Assembly: GCA_040386275.1 (NCBI GenBank)
Contig: JAZKFU010000008.1
Span: 176,219-240,218 of the forward strand
Direction of reading: 5' to 3'
Source of the DNA: Patescibacteria group bacterium
GTDB taxonomy: Bacteria; Patescibacteriota; Minisyncoccia; Phycocordibacterales; UBA918
DNA length: 64,000 nucleotides
The notes under the pieces are model-generated. The model was given only the letters and a program-made list of their open reading frames with translations, was not told where the DNA came from and ran no database searches. How positions within the stretch are numbered: position 1 is the stretch's first letter; each line of letters begins with the position of its first letter. Position numbers and translations under genes: made by a program. Positions 29,478 through 38,894 of the stretch are shown piece by piece.

Positions 29478-30113
29478 CTAAATAAACAAATGAAAGTCGT
29501 GGTGTAAGGTTATTGCTGTATTATTTAAATAAACTTTTTTTAAATTTAAATTAATTTTTAAAACACCAACTGTTTTCTTTTTATGACAATTTGGACACAA
29601 TGCCCATAAGTTAGAGATTTCTTCCCCTCCACCATTTGCTTTTGGAATAATATGATCAATATCAATACTATACCGATTTTTGCCATTTCCATCTTTCCAT
29701 TCTATGGACCATCCACACACCTGACAAGAATAATCTTCTAATTTAGAAACAATCTTTTTTTGATTTCTATTCTCAATTCTAATTTTTACAATATGTTTCT
29801 TATGTGATGGTGCAGTTGTAATAAAAGCTTGAGCTTTTTTTATAAGTGCAGCTTTATTTCGTACTGTAATTTTTTCACCTTCAAATGTTTCAAGATCATC
29901 ATATTCAGTAAGTGCATACACTCCTATGTCAACACGCTTAAAATTAAAACCTCGGTAGAGCTCTCTATATAACACTCCACGAATACCCGCTTTCCAATCT
30001 TTTGCGTCCATTGCGTCTGGATAAAATTTTGTGATGTGATTGTAAATATAAGTTAGTGGAGCAGCCCCTCCATTTTCTTTTATAACTTTAACAATAGCTT
30101 GTATTTTAGTCAT
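29478..30113 (-). CDS. HNH endonuclease with putative N-terminal winged-helix domain
   Basis: CQVCG...DIDHIIP...GG...NLWALCPNCH; visibly AT-rich. Confidence 0.88.
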   Translation of the reverse strand: MTKIQAIVKVIKENGGAAPLTYIYNHITKFYPDAMDAKDWKAGIRGVLYRELYRGFNFKRVDIGVYALTEYDDLETFEGEKITVRNKAALIKKAQAFITTAPSHKKHIVKIRIENRNQKKIVSKLEDYSCQVCGWSIEWKDGNGKNRYSIDIDHIIPKANGGGEEISNLWALCPNCHKKKTVGVLKINLNLKKVYLNNTAITLHHDFHLFI

Positions 30114-30121
30114 AAGTTTAA

Positions 30122-31048
30122 TTACTTTATTAAATCAACAAATCTAATTACTTTATTTATTTTCCAATCAATAATTTTTGAATAAATACCGTTATGTTTG
30201 TGCATTCTATTGTAAATACACCCCTCGCACTCATATTCCTCGATTTTATCTAACTCCTCAGTCTGTTCACCAAACAACTTAAATTGCCCAGGTATTGCCT
30301 CAACTTCATGAAAACAAGTCATAGGAACTACATAACGCAATCCATCCATCTGAATAATGTTCCAACTAATTATCTCAGCAAATTCCTCCTGAACCTTCAG
30401 TGATGGTTTCTGGGAGAACTTCGTCTCATAGTAATCAATGAGTGTATAGAGTAGATTTTCTCGAGCAATCAATACATTGTCGCCTTGCCACTCATACCCA
30501 TAACTTGCCTTGAACGCCTCCCGCGCCCAATTTAGCCAATCTTTCTTGTTGTCACAGTAACGAGAAACCACTTTCAACTTCCGGTCTAAAAAACCTACTC
30601 GCCCTGAAATACTGATGAGTGCTCCATGCGCAGTGGGGTTGTATCTAGTGACTATGAATGGCGCTTCTCCACAAGTAATCTCAAGTTTTAGTTCACGGAC
30701 ATACTCCTGCCAATTTTTTTTGTTTGGTTGAGAGCTTTCTAGTGCCTTGTTCATCTGCTCAATAGTCTTGAGTGGTGTAAAGACTTCGGCTTTCTCTTTT
30801 GTTCGATGTCGTTGTTCTTCCAGACTCTTTGCAGCACGAGGCTGAATGAGTAGTCGATACATACCCGTAACCAACTCTGGCTTTATTTGTTTATCCGGGG
30901 CAAATGCTCTCCCATATTGTCCATATGAATCAGTTGCCCAGATAATATTCTTTTTTGTTGTATGGTCGGTGAGAAGAATATCAAGCAAACAACCCTGGCG
31001 ACGAAGGGTGCTTTCCTTGATGTCGATGTCATATGAGGTCGCCACCAT
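30122..31048 (-). CDS. restriction-modification methylase-like subunit (motif I-like, no NPPY)
   Basis: KAEVFTP, LEITCGEAPF, YGYEWQGDN, NIIQMDGL. Confidence 0.75.
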   Translation of the reverse strand: MVATSYDIDIKESTLRRQGCLLDILLTDHTTKKNIIWATDSYGQYGRAFAPDKQIKPELVTGMYRLLIQPRAAKSLEEQRHRTKEKAEVFTPLKTIEQMNKALESSQPNKKNWQEYVRELKLEITCGEAPFIVTRYNPTAHGALISISGRVGFLDRKLKVVSRYCDNKKDWLNWAREAFKASYGYEWQGDNVLIARENLLYTLIDYYETKFSQKPSLKVQEEFAEIISWNIIQMDGLRYVVPMTCFHEVEAIPGQFKLFGEQTEELDKIEEYECEGCIYNRMHKHNGIYSKIIDWKINKVIRFVDLIK

Positions 31049-31051
31049 AGT

Positions 31052-34000
31052 TTATGTCATCAGCTTTACGTTTGTTTCTATGAAGTCAATTTCAGTCTTA
31101 TCTAAAGAGTACTTCTTGTATAACTGCTGATCAATTTCAGCAACTGTTTTTGACCAGTCGATATCTGATTTCTTAGTAAAATCTTGCATTGGAACATTAG
31201 ACCAAACACTTTTTGAATTATCTTGTGTTACTTTGAGGGTACCCAGAAGTGAACGATTGAACTTTGTCTTTAGATATTTAATACAGTTTTGCGCTTCACT
31301 ATTTGTTTCGAAAGAACCAATTTGTAAAAATGAGTAAGTGCAGCCTGTTCGAGGCCCAGCAACAATTGGTGTACTCAGAACTTCTCCTAACGTACCGCTG
31401 CCATTTGATTTTGCTAACAGTACTTTCCACTTATTTAACTTAGAGTCATTTACTATAGATTCACTAATGTAACGTTCCGTTCGCTTATTACCCTTTTCAA
31501 GACCTAAAATTTTTATATCCGTATCAGAATTCTGATTTTTTGCGAACACTTTTGGAAACCTTTCAAAATAATTTGGAGCAATACGTAAATCATTTGGATA
31601 TTTTTTGTCCAACACAACATTTAATTTAGTTTCCCCTCTTGGTCCTACAATTGAGCTAAATCTATTACTACCTATTTTTGATAAGACACTCCTCAATTCT
31701 TTATACGGAACAAACGTACCGCCCAGTCCACCAGTTGGTTTATTTTTATTCCACACCGTTATACAAACACCACCCTTAATGTCGACACCGGAGAAGATCT
31801 TTTGTGAATTTGGTTCGTACAAAGCAATGCTTAGATGTGGATCATTAAGCATTTGTCTATTCCACTCTTTAGGGGTAGCACCTGCATTGAAAAGAAAACG
31901 AGCAGGATGAATCAGTGAGACATAGTCAGGACCAAGACTTTTCGCTGCATCAAAAAACAGGTGGTAGACCGGCGTTGCAAAATTTGTCTCAGTATTTATT
32001 TGGTAGGGAGGATTCCCTACCACTGCTTTGAATTTCATATCATTTGGTAGCTTAAATTTTTCTAGTAATTCATTTTTGAGTTCATAGTCTGTAAAACAAT
32101 CTTTCTGCTGTAGCTTTTGCACCAAGTCATTGATATAGACAATGTTCGGCTTGTAACTCTCGTTATAACCAGCGAGCGTACGCTTGGTTATACTCTGTGC
32201 CATCGGGCTTTTACAAAGTACGTATATATGGTTACTGAGTACGTCTGCCCATATTTTATGAGCTTCTCGCTCCTCTAGCTTTTTACTCGCAACAAGCTTC
32301 CGTGAATATACATTGTACGCCGCTAGTAGCGGATACAGACCTGATTTAGAGTTAATTTCAAGTATTTTAGCATCTTCCTGACTCCATACGCTAGTGTCGA
32401 CGCCCTTACTTACCCAAATTGGCTTTCCAGTCTTTTTATCCACTTCACCACTGCTAAAGTTGTGACCACCAAATGCAAGAGTGAGGTGTTTATTAACTAC
32501 ATTCCATGGAGTAAGGACTGTTTCCTTGTCAGGGTTTTTAAAGGTGCTGAAAATATCTGCAATAGCCTGTACTCGTTCAGTTGGTAATAAATCATCACAA
32601 TCAAATGCTTTAGCACGAATGCTATGAGCTACTCCCTTAAAGACATCTTCGTCATAGTATTTTGTAAAATCACGGAACTGAGCTTTTGTCAGCCCGGCAG
32701 GCATAAACTCTTGCCATGATTCTTCATCCACTAAATTAATGAACTTACTGAGAGTAATGTCTTCCCGAATCGAAACATTAGCTCCATATACCAGCATCGG
32801 CATACGAATACTAACTGCCCGTAAGATACTTACTGCTGTTTGCTTTTGCCTACGTGCTTCTTTGAGTTTATTTAACGCTTCTTTCTGCTCCTCTGTCAGT
32901 ACTTCACCTTTTTTCTTTTTGCGTTCCGCTTCTTCCGCTTGCTTAGTCTTGAGATCATCCATTCCTAACTCATTGATCTTTATCTCATTTACACGCTCGG
33001 TTGATGATTTACCAACTAATTCTTTTAGCTGATTGAATTTCGCTATATCTAACTCATCAAGTTTCAATAGCTCATCGTTATAAAGTTTAGGATCATCAAA
33101 ACCATTTCGACTCACGCGCTCTATGATGGCTTTTTTAAGCTGACCCAGCATCATACTTACGTCATATAGCTTCATACTGCCACCTTCAGCAGCCAAAATC
33201 GGACAGAAATTAAGGAACCGCTCCATCGCTTCTTTCTGCTCGGGTGTATTTATCTTGCCAGATTTGTGGTTAAGCTCTATCGCTTCAGCAACAAGCTTTA
33301 GTGTTCGGTCAGGTGCAAAATCAAATACATAGCCCTGGGTCTTTATCTTCCCTTCAATTTTGGCTGGTGTCTGACAACGAAACGCTGTTTGCAAATACGT
33401 AGTAGCGGAATTAGTATCCGACATCATAAATACAGCGGTCCACTCTTTGATAGAGGCTCCTGTAGTGAGCCTCTGTCCTGTGAGAGTAATGGTGAAGTCG
33501 TTGTTCTTGATAGCTGTCGTTACACGATTTTTTGCATCACTGTCCTCCTCATCGTCATGATTGTTACCAGAAATATTTACGATACCAAACTTGCCGAAAA
33601 CGGAATGTTTCTTTAATAGATTCTCCATCGCCTCAATTGTTTTTACCCGATTAGGCAACAACCATAGCGAGTGTTTATTGAAATTACGATACTCTTCAGT
33701 CGCATAGGGAAACTTTGTTGGCAGCGTGTTGTTTACCAGAAGATCTAAAAACTTCTTTACCATTGACTCGTGCACAAACCGAGCTGGCGAATCAGCATCA
33801 TCTTCTGCAATCCTAAAAAACTCATGAAATTTAAATGCTCCGTCAAGTGAATCATGGAAACCTTCACCAAAAGTACCGATATGATTCGCATAGGTATCAA
33901 TATCGTATGTAAAGATATTTAACGCAGGTAACTCTGCATATGGATTTGGAACACCTGGATTTTGTTCGTCCCAGTTTAGCTTTGCTTCTTGCTCCATTAC

Positions 34001-35023
34001 ATAGTCCCAGGTGTAAATGTCCTCCTCTTCATGTTTGTGCAGAATATTAAATGGTGTACCAGACAGTTGTAATGTAAAGTTGGTTGGGATTTTAGAAAAT
34101 GTGGTATCGCCTAGATTACTTTGTGTCCCCTCGTGTGCTTCATCTACAATGACCATATCCCATATGGTGTCGAAAACTTGATCGTTCTTATCGAAACCCC
34201 TTGCTTCGGACCCTGAAGATTCATCAGCAACTACCCGCTTCGAGAGTCGCAGATCCTGAATTGAAGCAAAGTACACAAATGATTTACCGCTTTCCAACAA
34301 AACACCAATATTTTCACCTTTTGACTTTGAAGCATATTCATACCCAGCCCCAGCTAAAACCTTGTTGAAATCATCGTACCAGTCAACACTTACACTGGGT
34401 CGATGGGTAACGATAAGTACTCGCTTCATCTTAATTTCCTTAGCAACTTGCATGGCAGCAGATGTTTTGCCGAAACGCATCTTAGCATTCCAAAGAAAGT
34501 GTTTTCGCTTTTTCGCTATTGCTGTGCTTGTCTTTCTGATAGCCTCAAGCTGATTAGGACGGAAAGAAAATTCTGCTGTGGATTTAGCACTTTTTTCTTT
34601 AGTCGATAGAGCTGTTCTCCCCTCCTTTACTGCTTGAATTGCATTTTTAGCAACTGCCAAATTAACTTCAAACCATTCTGACCGAGTATTTCTTACACTC
34701 TCAGTCTTACGCTCATAACCTGATCGAATAAGTAGCTGGTGAACTTCATGATCTGAAAAACAATCACCCTCATTCATAACTGCAAGTTCTACATATTCAA
34801 GCTTATACGGAATATCAGCAGTTTTAGTTTGAGCTTTAATTCTTTCGTGTGCAGCGATTTCGATATCTTGCTGTGTAGGTTCGAGTGAACTTGTAGTCGC
34901 TTTACCAATTTTCAGGCGTCCTTCATGGGACCTGAGAGGAATTGAGTATACGTAAACAATACCGTATGAAAAAGTTTCATGAATATTATTAATAACAGCA
35001 TGATTCGGTACCCCTTTAGACAT
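31052..35023 (-). CDS. fused restriction-modification enzyme: GIY-YIG-like nuclease, SF2 helicase, Eco57I-type N6-adenine MTase and TRD
   Basis: VYVY...LKIGKA...EWF; AKMRFGKT, DEAH, LSGTP; VVGNPPY, FSGVDIKGGV. Confidence 0.88.
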   Translation of the reverse strand: MSKGVPNHAVINNIHETFSYGIVYVYSIPLRSHEGRLKIGKATTSSLEPTQQDIEIAAHERIKAQTKTADIPYKLEYVELAVMNEGDCFSDHEVHQLLIRSGYERKTESVRNTRSEWFEVNLAVAKNAIQAVKEGRTALSTKEKSAKSTAEFSFRPNQLEAIRKTSTAIAKKRKHFLWNAKMRFGKTSAAMQVAKEIKMKRVLIVTHRPSVSVDWYDDFNKVLAGAGYEYASKSKGENIGVLLESGKSFVYFASIQDLRLSKRVVADESSGSEARGFDKNDQVFDTIWDMVIVDEAHEGTQSNLGDTTFSKIPTNFTLQLSGTPFNILHKHEEEDIYTWDYVMEQEAKLNWDEQNPGVPNPYAELPALNIFTYDIDTYANHIGTFGEGFHDSLDGAFKFHEFFRIAEDDADSPARFVHESMVKKFLDLLVNNTLPTKFPYATEEYRNFNKHSLWLLPNRVKTIEAMENLLKKHSVFGKFGIVNISGNNHDDEEDSDAKNRVTTAIKNNDFTITLTGQRLTTGASIKEWTAVFMMSDTNSATTYLQTAFRCQTPAKIEGKIKTQGYVFDFAPDRTLKLVAEAIELNHKSGKINTPEQKEAMERFLNFCPILAAEGGSMKLYDVSMMLGQLKKAIIERVSRNGFDDPKLYNDELLKLDELDIAKFNQLKELVGKSSTERVNEIKINELGMDDLKTKQAEEAERKKKKGEVLTEEQKEALNKLKEARRQKQTAVSILRAVSIRMPMLVYGANVSIREDITLSKFINLVDEESWQEFMPAGLTKAQFRDFTKYYDEDVFKGVAHSIRAKAFDCDDLLPTERVQAIADIFSTFKNPDKETVLTPWNVVNKHLTLAFGGHNFSSGEVDKKTGKPIWVSKGVDTSVWSQEDAKILEINSKSGLYPLLAAYNVYSRKLVASKKLEEREAHKIWADVLSNHIYVLCKSPMAQSITKRTLAGYNESYKPNIVYINDLVQKLQQKDCFTDYELKNELLEKFKLPNDMKFKAVVGNPPYQINTETNFATPVYHLFFDAAKSLGPDYVSLIHPARFLFNAGATPKEWNRQMLNDPHLSIALYEPNSQKIFSGVDIKGGVCITVWNKNKPTGGLGGTFVPYKELRSVLSKIGSNRFSSIVGPRGETKLNVVLDKKYPNDLRIAPNYFERFPKVFAKNQNSDTDIKILGLEKGNKRTERYISESIVNDSKLNKWKVLLAKSNGSGTLGEVLSTPIVAGPRTGCTYSFLQIGSFETNSEAQNCIKYLKTKFNRSLLGTLKVTQDNSKSVWSNVPMQDFTKKSDIDWSKTVAEIDQQLYKKYSLDKTEIDFIETNVKLMT

Positions 35024-35054
35024 ACAGAAAGAGTAGCATTTTTAACCCTTTTTC

Positions 35055-35345
35055 TCAATTTATGACTTTGTATTGCAATAGTAGATAAAGAGTAGCCACA
35101 TTCTGCATAATAATCAACGGTATCCCTACCTGAAAGTACCATTTTCGGGTTTTGTGGCGAAGCAGGATCATTGCGAGGTAAATCCCTAGGCTACCGCCAG
35201 CAGCGGCTAGGAAGAATAATACGCCTTCTGGGGTACGTTCTATGTTGCCGCCAGCTATGGATTTACGTTTGTCGTTAGCCATGACTAAAAAGGCAAAGAT
35301 GTTAATGACGGCCAGGATTGCTAGCAATATATTTTCTATAGCCAT
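35055..35345 (-). CDS. DUF1294 membrane protein
   Basis: DKRKS...RTPE..L...GGSLG...RHKTRK. Confidence 0.88.
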   Translation of the reverse strand: MAIENILLAILAVINIFAFLVMANDKRKSIAGGNIERTPEGVLFFLAAAGGSLGIYLAMILLRHKTRKWYFQVGIPLIIMQNVATLYLLLQYKVIN

Positions 35346-35348
35346 AGA

Positions 35349-35906
35349 TTAGGACAATTTCACACTATCGCTCACTAGGGGCTTTAGGTATTGCTGGTAT
35401 CTGGCGTCAGTTAGGGTTAGCTTGTAGTTGATGCGGTTGATTATTATTTTATAGGTTTTGCCGGCTTTACCGCGGATAGTGGTCTGGATGCGGAAGGTGG
35501 CGGTTTTGCCGGCGGGAATTTTGGCGTAGAGGAGGGTACCGAGAGTTACTTGGGAGACGCCTTCTCCACGGACGGTGACGTCAGCTGTGGTGATGACGCC
35601 TTCACCAGTGCCTTCGATTTGATACATGAAGCCAGTTGGTTTTTTGCCAGAGGCTATGGAGAGCGGGAGAAATACATCGGATTTTTTGGCAGTGATTTCT
35701 ACTGTAATCAGGAACTTTCCGAGTGCTTTGTCTTTCTCCCCTTCTACTTTGACTCGTTCAAAGCGAGCTTGGTCTTTGCCTTGCTTAACCGTGATGTTTT
35801 CATCTTTTCCTTCAGCTTTGTTGGCTATTACAAGCTCGTCTTGTAGGCGCTTTAGTTGTATTGCTAGGTCTTTTAAAAATTGTTTACCCTGAGGTGTTTT
35901 TGCCAT
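35349..35906 (-). CDS. hypothetical protein
   Basis: ORF with TATAAT just before MAKTPQ. Confidence 0.65.
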   Translation of the reverse strand: MAKTPQGKQFLKDLAIQLKRLQDELVIANKAEGKDENITVKQGKDQARFERVKVEGEKDKALGKFLITVEITAKKSDVFLPLSIASGKKPTGFMYQIEGTGEGVITTADVTVRGEGVSQVTLGTLLYAKIPAGKTATFRIQTTIRGKAGKTYKIIINRINYKLTLTDARYQQYLKPLVSDSVKLS

Positions 35907-35995
35907 ATCTATAATTATAGGATATAGACTAATGGGTATTTGGGAGTTTGTACCATAAAAAAACGTCACCCCAGGGTATGGGATGACGTCAGTGG

Positions 35996-36973
35996 TTAGG
36001 ACTGAAGGACTAATTCTCGGTGGATCATTTGATTCACTACCAACTGCTTACTGAGCGCGTATTTGCCACACTGGGCATACAGCTGGGCTATACGAGGTAA
36101 ATCGTCCTTTAGATGTTCGTACCCATCAGTAACTTCGGCTAGTTCGTTTAGCTTGTCATGCCGTCGTGTCGCCGAAGTGATCCCCTCTGGCACTACTTCA
36201 TTACGCTCTAGCCAATCTTGTACTCGATTTATACAAGACTGGTAGTCTGCGAGCGTTTTGTTGACGAGAGATGCTCCATCAATCATATACAGCGTGTAGT
36301 TCGGAAAAGAACGTTCAAACGCTGTGATGATGAATTCTAACCGTGCGGTGGGCAGTTGGTATAACCAACGGTTCCCGGACGGGTTCGTGAGCTGTACCTG
36401 TTGTATCAAGAGCCGACGGTTCTCCATCACGGAAAAACTTACGGTCATGACATGCTTTTGACGATGATAGACAAGGAACGCAAACACGCCGTCGATGAAG
36501 GTGCGTGCGTACTTGGAATAGCCAAATTGATTGTAGCCAGTAGTGTAGTCCAACCGCAGTTCAAACTCAGGCGGTAAACCAAGAGAGTACGAGCGTATGC
36601 CGTTGTAGACATCCACGAGTTCGTTCCAAGTACCTTTTCCCACGCCCCAACGCCACCATGAGCTTTGGATTTTTCGAACTACTTCGTGGTTTGGATCCTT
36701 TTCAAAGACCTCATCAACTGTCCGATCCATGATTTTGGCACTCGAGAACCTCATTTTGCAGAGATCCTCAAAGGTAAAGTCAGACAGCTCATTAAGTGGC
36801 AGTTCATGGAACTGACTATAAAAGTCAAAGGAAGAATAATAGGCTTCGATGTACTGCTTACTCCTGGCCAACTTTTCAGTGACATTTTCAATTGACCGCA
36901 CTGGGTTGGTGACATACTCTTCACGAACCTTGTGGAGGTCTGAGGTGAGTACGGAAAGTTCTAGACCAATCAT
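35996..36973 (-). CDS. hypothetical protein (SD-led)
   Basis: AGGAG SD before MIGLEL; hairpin 35963-35989 downstream. Confidence 0.65.
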   Translation of the reverse strand: MIGLELSVLTSDLHKVREEYVTNPVRSIENVTEKLARSKQYIEAYYSSFDFYSQFHELPLNELSDFTFEDLCKMRFSSAKIMDRTVDEVFEKDPNHEVVRKIQSSWWRWGVGKGTWNELVDVYNGIRSYSLGLPPEFELRLDYTTGYNQFGYSKYARTFIDGVFAFLVYHRQKHVMTVSFSVMENRRLLIQQVQLTNPSGNRWLYQLPTARLEFIITAFERSFPNYTLYMIDGASLVNKTLADYQSCINRVQDWLERNEVVPEGITSATRRHDKLNELAEVTDGYEHLKDDLPRIAQLYAQCGKYALSKQLVVNQMIHRELVLQS

Positions 36974-37091
36974 GGCATTCTCCTGGGCTAAGTTTCTGGG
37001 GTGGATTATACTATGGATTTGGTATTTGTATAGAGTTGAAGTTTGTACCCTTTTGAAGCATTTTAAAATTTTGATTGGTATAATTGGATTC

Positions 37092-37568
37092 ATGAATAAT
37101 ATACATTTCACCCATGAGTTGGTTAAAGGTAAGATTGCTGAATTAATATTTGCCCAAATGATTCGTAGTACTGGAGTGCACACCATCCTTGAATTTGGAT
37201 ATGAAAAAACATTACCTTCTCTTGCTCAAATGCATCCTCGCAGTGAGTCTTCTGCTGAAACAATGGAGATCATTAAACGAGCTCCAGATTTTACAATTAT
37301 CAACCATAAATCAAAAGAGGTACATTTGATTGAAGTGAAGTATATGAAAGAAGTAAAGCCGGCAGTAGTGATGCGTGCTGCTCGTAATATTGAGAAGTCA
37401 TGGAAACAAGCGGCTTTATTTGTTGCTTCACCGACCGGTTTTTACTTTGACCAAATCGATAAAATTATAAAAAACAAAGGACAAATTTCTGAATTTAAAC
37501 ATAATAATATTACGCCTAAAACGCAGAAGGAGTATTTGAAGTTATTGAATGAGTTTATTGCGATTTAG
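37092..37568 (+). CDS. PD-(D/E)XK nuclease-fold protein
   Basis: GKIAE...PDF...LIEVK motif spacing. Confidence 0.75.
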   Translation: MNNIHFTHELVKGKIAELIFAQMIRSTGVHTILEFGYEKTLPSLAQMHPRSESSAETMEIIKRAPDFTIINHKSKEVHLIEVKYMKEVKPAVVMRAARNIEKSWKQAALFVASPTGFYFDQIDKIIKNKGQISEFKHNNITPKTQKEYLKLLNEFIAI

Positions 37569-37576
37569 AGCAGATT

Positions 37577-37773
37577 CGAGAAGATTCGAACCTTACAGGT
37601 TCAGTACCCGTTGTCGCTAGATTAGTGCGCTTCGCTTCTAATCTAGCTGGCAACAGCTTCGAATCTTCACGCAATGTGTCGTAACACATTGCTTCGGGTC
37701 CACCATAGCCTGCAAGCTTTGCTTGCTAAATCAAAAAACAACCACTAGTAAGTGGTTGTTTTTTGATTTGCTA
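37577..37773 (-). other. tRNA 3'-mirror element 2
   Basis: Inverted copy 37658-37709 split by GCAATGTG-N6-CACATTGC; direct 15-bp copy at 37577-37591; terminator-like hairpin 37728-37769. Confidence 0.8.
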
Positions 37774-37849
37774 TGGTGGACCCGAGAAGATTCGAACTCC
37801 CTGCCTCTTCAGTGCAAATGAAGCGCTCTACCAAGTGAGCTACGGGCCC
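37774..37849 (-). tRNA. tRNA-Ala(TGC), CCA encoded
   Basis: GGGCCCGTAGCTCACTTGGTAGAGCG-CTTCA-TTTGCAC-TGAAG...GTTCGAATCTTCTCGGGTCCACCA; TTGACT-N17-TATTAT upstream. Confidence 0.97.
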
Positions 37850-37917
37850 TGGACCAGTACCTGGGTACTGATAGGTGGGGGTATAATACGCAGTTTAGGG
37901 CGTTAAGTCAAGATAAC

Positions 37918-38538
37918 TTATTGGATAGTAGCTAGTTTCCAGGGGGTGGTGGCGTCTACTGAAGTGGCTGATCCGATAGTTAGTTTTCCGTTACTCCACA
38001 TGGCGGTTTGGGCGGTTTGGGCGTTACTTACTAGTTTGGCACCATCAACCGTTACGTACTGAATGATTTGGTTTTCTACGTCGTAGATAAAGTTGGTGCA
38101 TGAGTCAACTTCTGAGTGTTGTTCGCAGTAGTACACAAAGTTGGCATCATCTGAGGCCATGTATTTAGGGATGGCTTGGTGAACACCTTGGTTAGCAAAT
38201 GATTTTGCGGTTTCAGCGTCTACAGTGGCTAGTTGGGCTGAAAGGAGGACAGCGGCACCATTCACGTTAGCCATTAAGCGGCCGTCTTTATACATCACAT
38301 CTTCATTCATGGTACTGGTGTCTGTTTCGGTTGGTGCTACGACTTCAGTCACTGGTTCGACTTCGTTCATTGATACTTCATTAGCAACTGGTACTTCGTA
38401 GATAACACTTTCTACGGGGCCTGGTTGAGACAGGGTTGATAGACCAAAAATAATAAAGCCGGCGGTAAACCCGGAAACGTATGATAATAATACTAATACT
38501 GCTTTTTCGTGCTTGGTGCCTTCGATGTTTAGATTCAT
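37918..38538 (-). CDS. hypothetical membrane-anchored protein
   Basis: N-terminal TM; start MNLNIEG. Confidence 0.65.
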   Translation of the reverse strand: MNLNIEGTKHEKAVLVLLSYVSGFTAGFIIFGLSTLSQPGPVESVIYEVPVANEVSMNEVEPVTEVVAPTETDTSTMNEDVMYKDGRLMANVNGAAVLLSAQLATVDAETAKSFANQGVHQAIPKYMASDDANFVYYCEQHSEVDSCTNFIYDVENQIIQYVTVDGAKLVSNAQTAQTAMWSNGKLTIGSATSVDATTPWKLATIQ

Positions 38539-38560
38539 ATGGTAATAATTATACGGCAGA

Positions 38561-38893
38561 TTATTGACGATAGGTACGTCGTCTTTTACTTTCAGTGGAT
38601 AAAGTAAAAATGGTGTCACTGTGTTTGGCGAGATCAAAATCAAGCGCCGAAAGTTTTTTAAGTTCACCGGTCGTGAGTGATACTTTGACCGTGCCGTATT
38701 TCATTGTGATATCGGGATGATGATCAAGGACTTCCGCGTGCACGGCCAAACGGTTTACAAAAATTAAGCCTTCGATGTAGTTACGAAAACGAAATTCTCG
38801 ACTGATGGCAGTGCCTTTGGTGTTGAGTTCCCAGGCGGCATCAAGTGTTGCGAGATTGGTTTTGATAGATTTTTGCGTCAGAGCTTTGTTCAT
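38561..38893 (-). CDS. pterin-4-alpha-carbinolamine dehydratase-like protein
   Basis: FVN...AEVLDHHPDI...V.LTT...LSALDF. Confidence 0.88.
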   Translation of the reverse strand: MNKALTQKSIKTNLATLDAAWELNTKGTAISREFRFRNYIEGLIFVNRLAVHAEVLDHHPDITMKYGTVKVSLTTGELKKLSALDFDLAKHSDTIFTLSTESKRRRTYRQ

Positions 38894-38894
38894 A

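Noticed and set aside
36849-37186. Head-to-head overlap of the 396-aa and 239-aa ORFs
   Set aside because: More likely starts at 36973 (SD) and 37092 remove the overlap
26055-37576. Genomic island bounded by att sites at the tRNA-Ala genes
   Set aside because: No integrase and no distal att copy found by eye; the tRNA-end duplicates lie only about 200 bp from each tRNA
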